DNA from: a virus
Length of the DNA: 64,000 nucleotides
Virus record (IMG/VR): IMGVR_UViG_3300030329_003201
Coordinates: 1-64,000 of that record
Strand: one strand, 5' to 3'
Below the pieces are notes generated by a model. That model worked only from the letters and a program-made list of their open reading frames with translations. It ran no database searches and was not told the origin of the DNA. Within the stretch, counting starts at the first letter, position 1. Every line of letters starts with the position of its first letter. Shown piece after piece: positions 37,801 through 45,954 of the stretch. Both the position numbers and the translations under genes were made by a program.

Positions 37801-39996
37801 GTCTTCAACACCTTCTCTTCTGTGACGCGATTTCTGCCTTTCAATAAAGTCGATAATGTTCTGCCCAACATTGGGGGTCAAAACAAAATCGGGATCCTCC
37901 ATTGCTGCGATTTGAGCAAGACTTCCTACAACACTTGCCCACTCGGGCGTCCATTGATCTTGGCCCCGAAGAGCAGCGATGAGATCACTAGAAGTGTACT
38001 CATCCATATGCATCCATCTAAAATGGAGATCTTTTCTGCTGAAGTTAAGCCATGCCTTTCGCAGGTACTCCTGCTTTTGTTCTTCGCTCAAAAAACCCGC
38101 AGAGCTAACATTAGTGCTAACAATACCCCACAAAGTCTTGATCGAATTGGTTCCCCTTGCGTCTTCGATCCCTTGATCAGGGAGAGTATCCAAAAGAACC
38201 CAATCAGCAAGTTCATAAACGGGAGTCGCTAAGGTGGTTGCTAACCTTTGCCCTGCACGAATCGCATCAAAGCCAGCCTCACCGTAGCCAAAAATCCAGT
38301 CGGATGCCTTTACACCACGAGGATTTTCAGCCCAAACAGACCTGTCCAATATCGCTTCTGCTGGTGCAAGGAGGGGATCCCACTTAGACAACCCTCTCAT
38401 AATGTCACTGTCAGAATAATGGGCTAACGATGCACCCCATGTGGCGTCACCCCCCATGTAGTCCAAATACACTTCGCGAAGACTTTGATCGGGAAGCATA
38501 TCAAGATGCAGGTTCTGCATTGCTGTGACAAGGTCATCATCTGAAAACTGAAGCTTGTCTTTAAACTGAATCATTCGAGACAAGGTCTGGTATGCGCCAT
38601 GCGATTGGTTGTTTGTAGGCATCCGTATACCAGTAAAGTCGGTATACGATGGACCAACGTCTATCCAATCAGCCCATCGATCGGATTGACGCCTCTTTCC
38701 CCAAATAAGGGGCTTACCCAGATGGCGACCATCGCCAAATTCGCCGCTTGTTGTCCCATCAATGTAGTCTGTAAGCCAGTCGAACTTGCCATCATGGTAA
38801 GCCCGTCTTGCTTCTTCATAGGCCGTAATATACGCCAGAACTTGGTGTCCTCGGTTTTTCCAGCCATGAAATTGGTAAACGTTCGGATTCTCATCGTCGG
38901 AGGTCATATCTCTTAGCAACAACGACAATGTGTGAACGGTCCTAAGCTCGTCTTCACTCATGTGACCCTGCATCTTAGGTATTCTTGTTACCCCGTACTT
39001 CTGAAATTCCTTCGAACCTTCTTCAACATCTCGAAGCCACCACTCTTCACCAAGATCTTCCTCATTTGCATGAGGGCTGCCTTTGTACAGGAAAAGATTA
39101 ATTCCTGGTGGCATCCAAGACTGACGAGTTTGAGCAAACGTATTCCAGTTCCACTTACTAATATTTTTCGGCGCACCCTTTGTGCCAAACACCGATGTTA
39201 CAAGGCCTGTTACGCCGCCATAAATATCACCTAAGAGTGGAATTTCTTTAACTTTTCTGTCTATAGCGTCTGGTGCTTGCCACAGTTCGTTTTTAATAAA
39301 AGCGCCTGTGCCTCGTCGAACATTCGACCAAAGCTCTTTGCGAGTTTCAATAAGATCCGCTTCTTGAAAAGCCTCGCCCTTTTGCATGTGGTGTAGAAAT
39401 GCGTTCCACCGGCCCATCTCTTCAATGCTGGCCGCAATGTCTTCGCGAATCTGTTGCTGCCTGTCCCCCTCTGCACGCATCTCATGGCTATCAGGACTCC
39501 CAGGCATCTCAATCCGAATCGCACCACGATTCAGAACACGAATCTTTAGGAAATTTCGGTTGTCATGAAGCTGCCCCTCTGCCTCAAAAGCCTCTTTTAC
39601 TTTTTGTTCGATCTCGCCAGCACCAAGTGTGCTTTGACTGTCTATGAAATCAATGACCTCCTCTCTAATCTCTTCGTCGCTCTTCCCTTCAGCCCTAAGC
39701 ATTTCTTCGTAGTTAAGAAGGTTCGTAAACTGTAGGTCAGATAACTCTAACGTGCCATTACTTATCTCTAGCTCAAACACACTAACGTTCTCGCGACGTT
39801 CCTCTTCTTCTTCTTCCTCAAGTTCCTCTTCTGCTTCATCAATTGCACCAGTCAATTCGAGCGTAAGATCGTCAACTTCTGAGGATACGCCAGCGTTGGC
39901 TTTAAGGGGCTCTATGCTGCCTGTTTCATCGGCCTCTTGAATAGCTCTACGAAGGGCGTCTTCTAACTCTCTTTCTTCGTCAGTTGGCTCAGCCAT
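25882..39996 (-). CDS. giant (4704 aa) polyvalent internal virion/ejection protein with zincin peptidase and ADP-ribosyltransferase-like domains
   Basis: Last of the internal-protein block. HEMGH...EWYAEKF zincin; FKSWF.DSKVVD..G.PL..FHGS...YFTD...YPVYL.LKNPL...GYDGII...F.P.Q.KS (ART-PolyVal-like); helical C-terminal region with DYSKLT.WE...FLFYSY. Confidence 0.85.
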   Translation of the reverse strand: MAEPTDEERELEDALRRAIQEADETGSIEPLKANAGVSSEVDDLTLELTGAIDEAEEELEEEEEEERRENVSVFELEISNGTLELSDLQFTNLLNYEEMLRAEGKSDEEIREEVIDFIDSQSTLGAGEIEQKVKEAFEAEGQLHDNRNFLKIRVLNRGAIRIEMPGSPDSHEMRAEGDRQQQIREDIAASIEEMGRWNAFLHHMQKGEAFQEADLIETRKELWSNVRRGTGAFIKNELWQAPDAIDRKVKEIPLLGDIYGGVTGLVTSVFGTKGAPKNISKWNWNTFAQTRQSWMPPGINLFLYKGSPHANEEDLGEEWWLRDVEEGSKEFQKYGVTRIPKMQGHMSEDELRTVHTLSLLLRDMTSDDENPNVYQFHGWKNRGHQVLAYITAYEEARRAYHDGKFDWLTDYIDGTTSGEFGDGRHLGKPLIWGKRRQSDRWADWIDVGPSYTDFTGIRMPTNNQSHGAYQTLSRMIQFKDKLQFSDDDLVTAMQNLHLDMLPDQSLREVYLDYMGGDATWGASLAHYSDSDIMRGLSKWDPLLAPAEAILDRSVWAENPRGVKASDWIFGYGEAGFDAIRAGQRLATTLATPVYELADWVLLDTLPDQGIEDARGTNSIKTLWGIVSTNVSSAGFLSEEQKQEYLRKAWLNFSRKDLHFRWMHMDEYTSSDLIAALRGQDQWTPEWASVVGSLAQIAAMEDPDFVLTPNVGQNIIDFIERQKSRHRREGVEDHEIPRLRGLFDVLNKAPLGYLPAPLLERVDRTNEKITMSVNAWRGAHTRLFGHGRSTAAGIGTDLFVDKRFDVDQEGNPVFWHQESELIYRMRIFGAVAEFGATAIQRYGLDPLGEVITLGAYDRPGRPAAFTDEYLYKLHPEAEDWGLQGALAQWGVGLGADPDGKFVQSLRGIGFAGDIFIPWETGMIKGGFRVGASPFRYAASARRMPGASFGTHARYAWSPKWAWNDVAPQVTPAQRQARAQEIFDANANALLAEKMDAQTAKIGGPTPVMTVDDLSQSEVNRLWRTTRRSLEREFRQSSNYSPRQARGDVRRARGIEGDEGSLRFGRPKDINAPFPGVAATWGEMALRVYEDNIAKGRNPFHGLPKSHWKEIYDSLEVVGLPVETVRRIIHATAEKRGRTFVSRLGLHASKYFEGLDKLQESEVYKRIQTRLEDMAEKGTLKGADEGLDAIKVQMKLVERLYFAALSKTGSVEDALEVLAGFEAKQFGIRYGDDLKGIEIEDSLLKAFGLKFDPISGPRFIDIDVADELVDQLKLSDDEGWRLAGIRSVASIDLEGKLLEDLTADQLVMIASKIADPKVAHQIVSTVLLRRLIKAIADNDDAAVSKIRAALTKYTSTMKAESGFTKKIKTLRDNIAKAQAEIKRTTKSTSPEVTPGFGKQALLSKLDDLREAGLPEDVYVFLYAMVHSLPSRVLRDIKLDDWIDTSHRGIEGPEGSFGGSKVVTLEGIDKKFPGDRVYSLMMLFDQEGRIAGSLDPMRLLENEKLRALTFEELINRLNDGDISVLEGVTFPQLVRKMAHSMLEDGVNLREKKFVEALIKNRDALRGGTNIDASIKGFVVDFIDDAAEGLAPVEAAEGWVANRIDAHAEALQTTDLMTYTFAHEMGHAIMTSFLSDTEVANLRRVYFDELKRTGLVEETSYTRWNLENQGKNVGFYEWYAEKFAEYVVYNKMPEVISRSDFAPSVRKIFNRLILRLKKLFRAMNRKNPRAFEDFHPMFRHHIERLFEGKASELSDASEINRRRLQSWNALDVGPDHLDNLARPIDDVIEELRRLDDELPGKFAEDLEAPVRVDDAPFGARETEPSFEGVRQRQVDALPKLEKTKYRPDADADVIDRHARLAARSDYVLGSEKSKHAVFTPFEETWDAVTGYDRPEGGGYRFSADANARGDDWKSAYIEEYESLIRGYDAKRAELDEPDFNIGDRVNYVVTSIVDGEKVESVVDGYVANVFLPGSSKFDEGYRYRVRTIVEAGRYPQTFMVDDADIAKMSGSSTEPVRSRGREMYGPPAPLPDRTVAPPTSSAEFKSWFKDSKVVDDQGKPLRVFHGSPFSFEEFQPGNVEGYFGSSIYFTDSIYDLTQHYAFSSLDPRFMEKGTEWFKAFNEHKSNLRVEFDGFTDADIINAAKDFINSGDVSKLTDAQQSRLAKAIDDGDASGVRKVYRDLIVDFIAKVEFETDGAMQAYPVYLSLKNPLILDQYGKMKDAAHSFRWADDGTGESLMDAIDVVAARLEKEGVVVDELERTKKFILDGRKTKNGVTQIEAWEFWDRMVNKRFNSWGPEGNRYQNEFARQVVEQMGYDGIIANAHLFFAERYDPQTRQWTPGQRLPKDDTHYMVFEPAQAKSVNNKGTWAPTDRRMMYGPPAPTRPEPLSQPDRQALDARRLVGPKRFAEQLLDQMDQAEEVAGGTPHQTVDDYINKGLSAQVSLSQLSAHQVNRIRESLGTASELVDVSRSIKVKAKVDGVDQPVSLTIDVVPMTKDLKPALIPGGLDGAFSFHDLTYLSMRPVELNYARLPEPSLPDVEITVDGQTRNISWSDITNPQEIINKYIDEYDSIIGGLYDKKQKSADVDSLRPNPAEYFDGEGNLIPSKRLEYQQRLDLYLTALASRSMHSLLDPTSRVFENQVFTAVTQPRSIRELYEMGDRYMTALSNKGSNLTRNEILYIMRFYAQATERFKNPYRGALVSLNVAPELLDTIKARDWQKPSAPIIDIDTIEMSQVGAGRILDNRKWLLLRESELVDMLEVVESPELRQRLLSDLENVRTERIRVDAIAVTPSPIALAQHLAESSDSIGMTADNSVMKTLTLMTSDFNDVVKGNKKYSWFERHPNETWLDFSDRFVALTRGLAPDAPVITGKKIDDFYGVGKPGHEDALQWFFEWKHVNAKADYNRIVFDVMQTKQFSDLRSRFEAGEIDRAGFDHVFKKAVERRRTSIFQQRADVEFDSWMSDPETRPYLVERANAFAAMPELVDLFPSEVRNAMGNARRIDSSLVQKQINKVKSRYNNNPKRLESLNKTLEAHKTIEGWIKTFGRNDSMLNLLIRSIESGRMSNIARLDSNYRRLVGDVSTELHKPAMAQTERMADTLEGQFASDAFSHPGASFLPNMRTLAFDAALDSVLDANPWLKQAQARDELAGNGRTASASIGPASRGVYPKTIVDSDDVSKPGSAGRAFKSRGRVMYGPPSSPFKPLRDFSPDDFDAAALHTKSFFETGDVRHLFAESGKMLASLMVDEFDDVAEFMYRNFDSEVLPDGTRRLTTKGWDELGSSFAYYFSTKHAQDGPTHNFFRKIIYALHRMWRMIRADRVDELSPEAVAFFDEQLDVGIDISERAKADVLNDRELKNFYTVRLTTKRGLGGEVAQAGKRREAARIEARRSQLQRILNISDDTTEVNAVDVVGLAVRHVYAEAARKKWGAEKVVRLTTRTIVPVIRAERIRERVANKMLSVFGNPQRLADSKRVMKLQQRMSDEVGSWLRDPETGKIRTETVFDDATGRPVEIPVFDLNRQQQSRVRVLVQELGAHPLARDTVPKWMFEADADFSVISVVEYNKLHESITDMEAGVGSTRSRLTESVSPNLVKRTWATIVDAGEEVPFLGAMISGFRKRFKVFEPFEVAGVLEGDSSKRYWSRTGYVTPELVEAKKLMDQEIDDIPHWLMRVQLRLQKEGSKGSILEVVQSLTRMLTPPLDVRNADQVWRLKDSFSKVGSDPITLQKLESKLDAITGLFAASGRMTDGERAAIIALRDLIDDAIQQDVVELSKHQVNGLRDSIDIIERGLHDRYNLLDQRVTDIVECISGSAAQAKAALSVMDDATKSRLYSSFYGNDWPDLFEWAQKHGLETGTRPDVLPAYDARHAAIQLIVRMRAREIQAKFVDKLVEIGITARTDDLVSQYANGKDATRFMERVKHYINMELRPGGAAIVRDAEGNIIQAPSGFREGRRGDIDEVVRPAEPGAAADGDPIYPRQDWDDDTRRIPYLDLKAPEGAQQTHTIHDMAAYTAAHEILNAWGFKFGSATEDWVDWVAPDGSRTLVPPMVLDELNAAIDRVSGQGAFGKGAKGRVAEAFEKRGKRGEDVATELGREFLFGDEALDPELRLKPGVAAKILIADTLDYTLRLYGFTYSMLRQGVTVGIGQPNVHYYQGITVGSLFQIYQKSGLGLKVGADGVRIEGGLIGALAHPRLSGILSARLWGDGPNINSVSSARALVCKDGRIFTTEMLLDAMKLYKLNTSFVKSGNASHMLRDLEKNEAAWHKIVAEAPGQAQRLLVETATSIDNYFRSGVFVDELYNGRSMAEAAKTATDAMYDYSKLTDWEKQVLRRGFLFYSYTRNNLNLFYDTLVTNPHRLMAQIRMMRGLNQQNTEGSSILMEDDYTSQRLSVLFRNAHANKSIYQGVRFLAAPVPLMDAINLHREIGAFISGGFNRNASKEERENGLRFLARLNPLLQQPLVYMFDEEIFRTRGLAGDVIPTSIVELDIYMTGGLFVLDFLDATPVPITNELKKEYPSQTEVWVAQNPRNYWLWKNALQMPVPVIDIPGETWVSKIPKIGQALDQTVPSLIIRSIPQIPSAIKERRFGIIPSGRSADSWVQFDRADVGYVETVLYLANKMREYREHHGYIEEDLFGPTTPDKNLYDKIEDSSYWTRGVGPRPEIGLEGERLGVFFRPRLVKTPEAKEVELTERLLWEEKQRAKEIKPPRER

Positions 39997-40005
39997 CGTA
40001 ATCCC

Positions 40006-42594
40006 CTAAAGCATTCCATTCTCTAACAGGTTTTCATCAGAAGGCGGTCTTGACTCAATCAATGGTTTACGCCTGAATGCCTTTGGGTTTACCCCTGGTT
40101 CTGGTTCTGGTTCAAAGGTAAACCAAAATGAGTTATCGTCGGTATCAGCACCCTCGCTAAGCTGATTCCACGTCCGATTTAACTGGGTGTGCATCAGTCG
40201 ATGGATGTCCAGGTTCCCCCGAAGAGTTGCTTCCTCTTCTTCTGATAAACCACCAGCATCTAGTTGCTCTTCTATTCGTCGGGTTGCTTGGGCCTCTTCC
40301 TCCACCATTCGATAAACGCTTGCAGCCCGTGTGGGCTTGTACCCTGGTGGAAGATCTTTTGCATCCGTGGCAAGATGTCGCGCCCTCGCATCATCTCGTT
40401 GAGGCGGAGGCGCGGTCAAAGCTGCTTCAGCTTCGTCTTGCGTCCCTTCAAACACATCGGAAACCTCGCCATCACCAGGAAGTGGTCGGCTTCCAACTTG
40501 TTCATACGATTCGGCAATGCCTCCAATGACTCCGGCTGCTTCTTTTGCCTCATTAAGTTCGCGAATAAGAGAGTCCTCGTTAAGAGTTGCTTCTCTTAGT
40601 TCGCGCTGCAACGACTGCTGAACTCCGGGCTGGCCCGCTGACTCCTCAAGCTCTTTTTTCAAAGATGAAATGTTTCTGCTTTCAGCCTGGTGCTTTAGTT
40701 CCGTAAGAAAAACAAGGTTGTCCGCAAAGCTCTTGCGAGCAGCAAACGACATGACTCGCCAAGCCATCAACGGATCTCTAAGCAGGCCTATATTTTCTAA
40801 CTCTTCACGAAAGGCAGTTAGCCGCGCAATGGCTCCTTCTCTTACGTCGTTGTACTGAGTCGCATCGCCTTGCAGTATTTCAAATCGAGAAAGCAAATTA
40901 TCAAGACCGGCAACCGTATCTTGAATGCCTGCGCCAGCGCCAGTACCAGGAAGACCAAGCTTAGACTTGATGAAGCTTGGAATCTCGACCTGTTCGGCAG
41001 CTTGCTCAACTTGTCGGCGCTCACGATTGATTATCTCTTCCTCTACCAACGGTTCGGCCTGAGATGCGCTAACGTTGCGTAAGTCATCCATGAACTGATT
41101 CATGTCGCCAGTTTGATCAAGCGTTGCAAGCGAGCGCTCGATAGAGTTTGCGATACGAGCCCCAACTGGATTGCCGCTTTCTTTTAGCTCACTAATCTTT
41201 TTCGAAAGCTCATTCCACGGAAGCCCTTCCCCGCTGTTCACATCCTGTTCAAACTTTGCGAGGAAGTCCCTAATGCCACGAGCACTCTCGGTGTCACCGT
41301 AGGTCAAATCAGCAAGCACTGTTGGTTGGGCAGCTTCTTCCGCGATAGCCGTCTCCTCTAAAACTCCCTCTGCACGTTCGGGAGAAATTGGGCCAGTAAT
41401 GCCGGGAGGTGGCGGCCACTGATTGTTGATGGCCCATTGAAGAGCATCCTGAGGGCTCTCATGATCACCAAGAACGTCAAACATTTCATTTATTTGTCGC
41501 TGACCTGACGGCGTTTCCATTGCCCCAGCAATCGTATTGGAAAGCGCTTCCACCCATGGTGGTGCTATTGTGAATGGATTGTCGGTAATCCAATTTTGGG
41601 CAAATGCCCCATTGCCCAAATCAAGAAGCCCGCCTGTCGATCCAAGGCGTTCTCTCTTATCCTCGACTTTTTGGATCTCACGATCAAGATCGTTGATTCT
41701 TTCCTGTAGCGTATCGTACTGTCTTTTCAGTGGATCCCTAGAACCTTTAGCAAAGATTCTAACGAAAGCCTGCCGATCTTGTGGAGAGCCCTGTAGCAGG
41801 TTTTGTGGCGCACCTTTTCTATACTCGTCTCGTCGTCGTCTTACTTCATCTTTGTATCTCTGATCACCAGAGCCCCTGCTGCTGTCCAAATAGTTCTCAT
41901 ACCTAAGGTCATCTAACGACTTATTTCTAAGCTCTGCACTGTGGTGTCTTAGCAGTTCGTCGTACCACATGTCTGCAAACTCACGACCGCCTCGGCTGTC
42001 AGACAACTTCTTGTACATCAAATCTATTGCAGCAGCGCCTTCTGGGGTTGTCAGATTGGCGACACCTGTTGCGATTGAACTCTTAAAAGTCCTGGCAAGA
42101 CTCCTTGCCTCTGATTGGCCAAAATTTCTCTGTTGCCCCAGTCGATTAATCGCTGCCCGCATCCTCAATTCAATTCTGTCACTGCCAAAAATCTTCTGGT
42201 GATCCTCAAGAGCCTTTCGATATTCGTCGTTCTCATCCTTTTCCATCGCAATGTTGGCTTCTGTATTCATCTCCGCCATCCGCTCTTGATGGCGCACGGC
42301 GGCATCGCTTGCACTCTCAGAAGACCGTCTGAGGGATCGCGTTCTGGAGTCTTCGCTTCGCTGTGCAGTAACAACAAGAAGACTCTGCTCTCGGATGAGT
42401 TCATTTTTCTGCTTCGTAAGATCTCGATACAGACGCTGGAGTTCTCGCTGATCATAGTTCTGCTGCTTGAGCGCTTGCTCAATTTGCAGCCACTTCATCT
42501 TGTCTCGATAACCAACAAAGGTTTTAAAAAACCTACCGAATGCAGTCTCTTTTGGAGCGGGAATGAGATCGAATAAACCTTGATACTTAGGCAT
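40006..42594 (-). CDS. coiled-coil internal virion (ejection) protein
   Basis: 862 aa, helical and charged; position in the ejection block. Confidence 0.65.
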   Translation of the reverse strand: MPKYQGLFDLIPAPKETAFGRFFKTFVGYRDKMKWLQIEQALKQQNYDQRELQRLYRDLTKQKNELIREQSLLVVTAQRSEDSRTRSLRRSSESASDAAVRHQERMAEMNTEANIAMEKDENDEYRKALEDHQKIFGSDRIELRMRAAINRLGQQRNFGQSEARSLARTFKSSIATGVANLTTPEGAAAIDLMYKKLSDSRGGREFADMWYDELLRHHSAELRNKSLDDLRYENYLDSSRGSGDQRYKDEVRRRRDEYRKGAPQNLLQGSPQDRQAFVRIFAKGSRDPLKRQYDTLQERINDLDREIQKVEDKRERLGSTGGLLDLGNGAFAQNWITDNPFTIAPPWVEALSNTIAGAMETPSGQRQINEMFDVLGDHESPQDALQWAINNQWPPPPGITGPISPERAEGVLEETAIAEEAAQPTVLADLTYGDTESARGIRDFLAKFEQDVNSGEGLPWNELSKKISELKESGNPVGARIANSIERSLATLDQTGDMNQFMDDLRNVSASQAEPLVEEEIINRERRQVEQAAEQVEIPSFIKSKLGLPGTGAGAGIQDTVAGLDNLLSRFEILQGDATQYNDVREGAIARLTAFREELENIGLLRDPLMAWRVMSFAARKSFADNLVFLTELKHQAESRNISSLKKELEESAGQPGVQQSLQRELREATLNEDSLIRELNEAKEAAGVIGGIAESYEQVGSRPLPGDGEVSDVFEGTQDEAEAALTAPPPQRDDARARHLATDAKDLPPGYKPTRAASVYRMVEEEAQATRRIEEQLDAGGLSEEEEATLRGNLDIHRLMHTQLNRTWNQLSEGADTDDNSFWFTFEPEPEPGVNPKAFRRKPLIESRPPSDENLLENGML

Positions 42595-44132
42595 TAGCGT
42601 GCTCCCTCGATGTAATCTTCTACCTGATCATCTCCCCAGATTTTACCATCAGGGCTTTTAATGTAGCTCCTAACTTCACCGCCAATGATCTGCTCCGAAA
42701 CAAACCAACCAGGCGTGGTCTGACTTGGAGTCCAAGGCCCCATTTGCTCCAGCGACGATAAACTTTGACGGTCTGCTGGAGTTATCTTTTGCAACTCTTC
42801 AACTTCAATGGGCATGGTAGGGTCTATTGTAGTCCACCCTTCAGGGCGCTGTCCCCCGTCACCCCAATGAGGTTCATTTGGGAAATCAGGATTTCCTCCC
42901 CACATTTCTTGCGGCACTTCAACCATGCGACCTCTGGGGGTTTCGTTTTGGTTTGCCGGAGCAGCCGTCCCCTGCGCTGGGGCCGACTCCGTTGCAGGGG
43001 TAGCTGCCCCGGCTGGGTTCGTAGCTAAAGCCCTGTTCAACAAATCGAACACGGCCTGCTTGTCTCCGCGCTCTGAGGCGGCTTGAATCGCAGCCCAAGT
43101 CTTTCTTCGCACCTCAGGATCTTGGATCTTGTTCAACTGTGGAGCCACCTGCTCAAGAGCTTCACCTGCGGCTTTTCTGCCCTGCTGGACGGCAAGATCT
43201 CCAATGAACGTATCGACGAAACCGACGCCCTCTTTGAGGGCATCATTGAGGGTGGCCGCAGCTTCCCTTCCAAGCGTTGTGTCGTCCTTGATTCCTTTTT
43301 CGCGTTCACTCGCAACAAATTGAGCAGCTTTTACGGAGCTATCCATAAGAGACTTGGCCCCTGCACGCATAATCTGGCCAATATCGTTTGCAGACATACC
43401 GCCTGCATTGCCTATGGCCGTTACCATGTTTCTCATTGCAGTAGCATGGTCACGGAACAACGCTGGATATACCAGTCCCTCAGCGGCTTCCATCCGATCA
43501 CGCCCTAGCGCATTCGCATCTCTCTTTTCTTTATATGCTTGCCATTCAGCAAAGGACTCTCGAAAAGCTGGGCTGGCCATTAAGCCCACCCCCCAAGCAG
43601 CGCCCTGAATCGCGGTTCCACCAGCGGCGGTGCGAAAAAACTTAGCGGTTTGTTGCCACCTTGCTTCAGCGTCTCTTTCTTCTGGGGTCTGTCCCTGCTC
43701 CTCGGGAGCGGTCATTGGATCACCAACAGCAGCAACACCTTCGTCTTCCCGTACTCCCGTCTCAGCATCTTCGATAGGCACTCGACCACGGAGAAGTCTA
43801 CGCTGTTGTTGGGCTTCTTTTAGCTTCCCTTGGGCTTGGACCGAAGGGTCTGAAGCTTCAACACCAGGGCGTCGTTCTTGCTCTCTTGCCCGCGCTGCAA
43901 CACTAGGATCAACAGCTTCGGGTCGATCTTGAACTAGGCTAGTTTCAGGTTTTTTAAGTGTTACCGAACCACTCTCGATCTCATCTTCAAGAATGTCAAG
44001 AGCCTCAGGAGGCTCCCCTTCACCTGACTCAGCCCACGCCAGCGCAGCCCTGTGCTCTTCTGGTGTCAGGGTGCCTCGTCCTGTATGTTGTTGTTCACGA
44101 ATAAACTCAATGGGTGTAACTGCGTTAGACAT
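42594..44132 (-). CDS. internal virion (ejection) protein
   Basis: 512 aa, Ala/Gly-rich helical core. Confidence 0.6.
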   Translation of the reverse strand: MSNAVTPIEFIREQQHTGRGTLTPEEHRAALAWAESGEGEPPEALDILEDEIESGSVTLKKPETSLVQDRPEAVDPSVAARAREQERRPGVEASDPSVQAQGKLKEAQQQRRLLRGRVPIEDAETGVREDEGVAAVGDPMTAPEEQGQTPEERDAEARWQQTAKFFRTAAGGTAIQGAAWGVGLMASPAFRESFAEWQAYKEKRDANALGRDRMEAAEGLVYPALFRDHATAMRNMVTAIGNAGGMSANDIGQIMRAGAKSLMDSSVKAAQFVASEREKGIKDDTTLGREAAATLNDALKEGVGFVDTFIGDLAVQQGRKAAGEALEQVAPQLNKIQDPEVRRKTWAAIQAASERGDKQAVFDLLNRALATNPAGAATPATESAPAQGTAAPANQNETPRGRMVEVPQEMWGGNPDFPNEPHWGDGGQRPEGWTTIDPTMPIEVEELQKITPADRQSLSSLEQMGPWTPSQTTPGWFVSEQIIGGEVRSYIKSPDGKIWGDDQVEDYIEGAR

Positions 44133-44141
44133 TTCTTTCCC

Positions 44142-44501
44142 TTAGTAGCCTTGCGTGTTTTGTCGCCAAGAAAAATAATCTGAGGAGGAAGCTCCTCCAC
44201 CTTGAACCGGCATACTTGCTTCTAATACTTTTGAATCAGACGGCGCTGCCCCTCGCGCGACTTTCGCCGCATCCTCTCGCGCGTCCATGGCTTCTTTCTC
44301 CGCCTCTTCTTCCTCAACGGCGGCCTTCCCCGCGATAAGGCCTTTGGTGCCACCAACAACTAAACCCAAAGTCGCGCCAATTGCAGTGCCAAGACCCGGC
44401 GCTATTGCCGTACCCATTGCCGCCCATTTTGCGCTTGCTTCTAAGGCTTCGAGCCCAGCATCTGCCGCAATGTCTTTTTTCTGGTCTGAGGTGTAAGCCA
44501 T
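44142..44501 (-). CDS. small ejection/pilot protein with glycine-zipper segment
   Basis: GTAIAPGLGTAIGATLGLVVGG. Confidence 0.65.
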   Translation of the reverse strand: MAYTSDQKKDIAADAGLEALEASAKWAAMGTAIAPGLGTAIGATLGLVVGGTKGLIAGKAAVEEEEAEKEAMDAREDAAKVARGAAPSDSKVLEASMPVQGGGASSSDYFSWRQNTQGY

Positions 44502-44552
44502 AGGCCCTCCGTCTCACGGTCTATTCTATAAGACGAAAGCCATAAAGTCTCA

Positions 44553-45212
44553 TCAAGATCTATTAGAGAAGATATTCCAGTTGCTTCCGTTAGATACAAT
44601 GATGACCGCGTCGTATTGTGAACCATACGATTTTGTTGTGCTTCCGTTTATTGTTTGAGATGCTGCGCCATCAAGAATCATATTGTTTGCAGCAAGAGTT
44701 TTATTGAAACCAAGCATTAAGCCCTTGCATGTCGTGGCGCTTGGAAGGGTAATCGTTACGTCGCCGCTGTTAGTTACAACGTTGTAGAACGTTGACTGGG
44801 TGGAAGTGATCGTCACATCAGCGTTGATGGTTGTCATTCCAAACTCTACGGTTCTAACCTTGAGAGAATGTAGAAGCGCACGAACGCCAGGTTGAATCGC
44901 GCCCGAAGCAAGGGCAGCGGCGCGTTCGATCTTTATTGCTAGCGCACCTTCAAGATCATCGATCTGCTGTTGGAATCTAAACGCCACTCCGTTTGCTGCG
45001 TGCTCCGCAAGATCTTTTGCGGTTTGAATCTTTTGGCGAAGAGCTTCTGTAATAGAGCTTTCAGAAACAGACTGGCTTGTAGCCGTAGCAGAAGTAACTG
45101 CAATCGTTAGGTTTTTTATCTTTGACGCATCGATGGCTTCGTCTGGAATTTCCGACCAATTAACCTGGGTTCTTTCTTTTACGGACCTGCCACCACGAAA
45201 TGCCATGATCAA
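44553..45212 (-). CDS. tail fibre/spike-like protein
   Basis: C-terminal TITLPSA...TING.......Y.A..IVSNGSNW.I motif. Confidence 0.65.
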   Translation of the reverse strand: MIMAFRGGRSVKERTQVNWSEIPDEAIDASKIKNLTIAVTSATATSQSVSESSITEALRQKIQTAKDLAEHAANGVAFRFQQQIDDLEGALAIKIERAAALASGAIQPGVRALLHSLKVRTVEFGMTTINADVTITSTQSTFYNVVTNSGDVTITLPSATTCKGLMLGFNKTLAANNMILDGAASQTINGSTTKSYGSQYDAVIIVSNGSNWNIFSNRS

Positions 45213-45952
45213 CTCGACGGATGAATATCTACAATAAAGCTGCGATTAGAAACCTGAATATTACGCACTTGGCCTGGACTGTTGCTGTCGGTCTTGGAAA
45301 TATCGATACGCATTCCAAATGTATAGATCCCAGGAGCAACGTCTTTTACTCGATAAGCAATGCTGTATTGTTTTCCAGAACCAACCATCCAATCAAAGAT
45401 GCCGCCACGTCCATTCGTGTGAACGGCGTCATTGTCCATCAATGACGTATACACCCTTCTAAAGGTGCCCTCGTAGTCCGTCATTGTGGTTCCAGTAAGA
45501 CTTGAAAGATTGAAAGATGCACAGTGAAAGTTATCAAACTCGGAATCATCACCATTACCATGAGTGGTTTCTTTGTTCTTGTTTTCAAACTCTCTTGCGA
45601 ACCAGCTTGCAATAATAAAAACGTCGCTCGTAGATTCAATCTTTACAGTTGCAGTCAGTCCGGGCACCCATGTTTTTTCCTTTGCTGCCTGTTTATTGAA
45701 ATAAGCAGCCCTGGCTGTGTCCGATGGGTGCATCCTCCAATGGGTTTGTGCTGACGTAAAATCAGATCGTGGGTCTGGGCTTAGGAAAAAGTCAGGCCCA
45801 TAGATCTGAGTTCGCTCTACCCAGCTACCTGATGCCAGGTCAGCAGAAACAACGCCTCCATTGATAGCGGTTCTTGCATTATCTAGGGGAGTCTTTAGTC
45901 CCGCAGCAGTAATCACCGTGTTGTTTACAAAGTGTGACTTAGTGTACGCCAT
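45209..45952 (-). CDS. putative tail protein
   Basis: 247 aa in the tail operon. Confidence 0.6.
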   Translation of the reverse strand: MAYTKSHFVNNTVITAAGLKTPLDNARTAINGGVVSADLASGSWVERTQIYGPDFFLSPDPRSDFTSAQTHWRMHPSDTARAAYFNKQAAKEKTWVPGLTATVKIESTSDVFIIASWFAREFENKNKETTHGNGDDSEFDNFHCASFNLSSLTGTTMTDYEGTFRRVYTSLMDNDAVHTNGRGGIFDWMVGSGKQYSIAYRVKDVAPGIYTFGMRIDISKTDSNSPGQVRNIQVSNRSFIVDIHPSS

Positions 45953-45954
45953 GA

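Noticed and set aside
25882-39996. Virion RNA polymerase (N4/crAss type) or intein in the giant ORF
   Set aside because: I saw no DxDGD/DFDID-type or T7-like polymerase motifs and no intein splice or LAGLIDADG motifs; a structure search is needed to exclude them fully.
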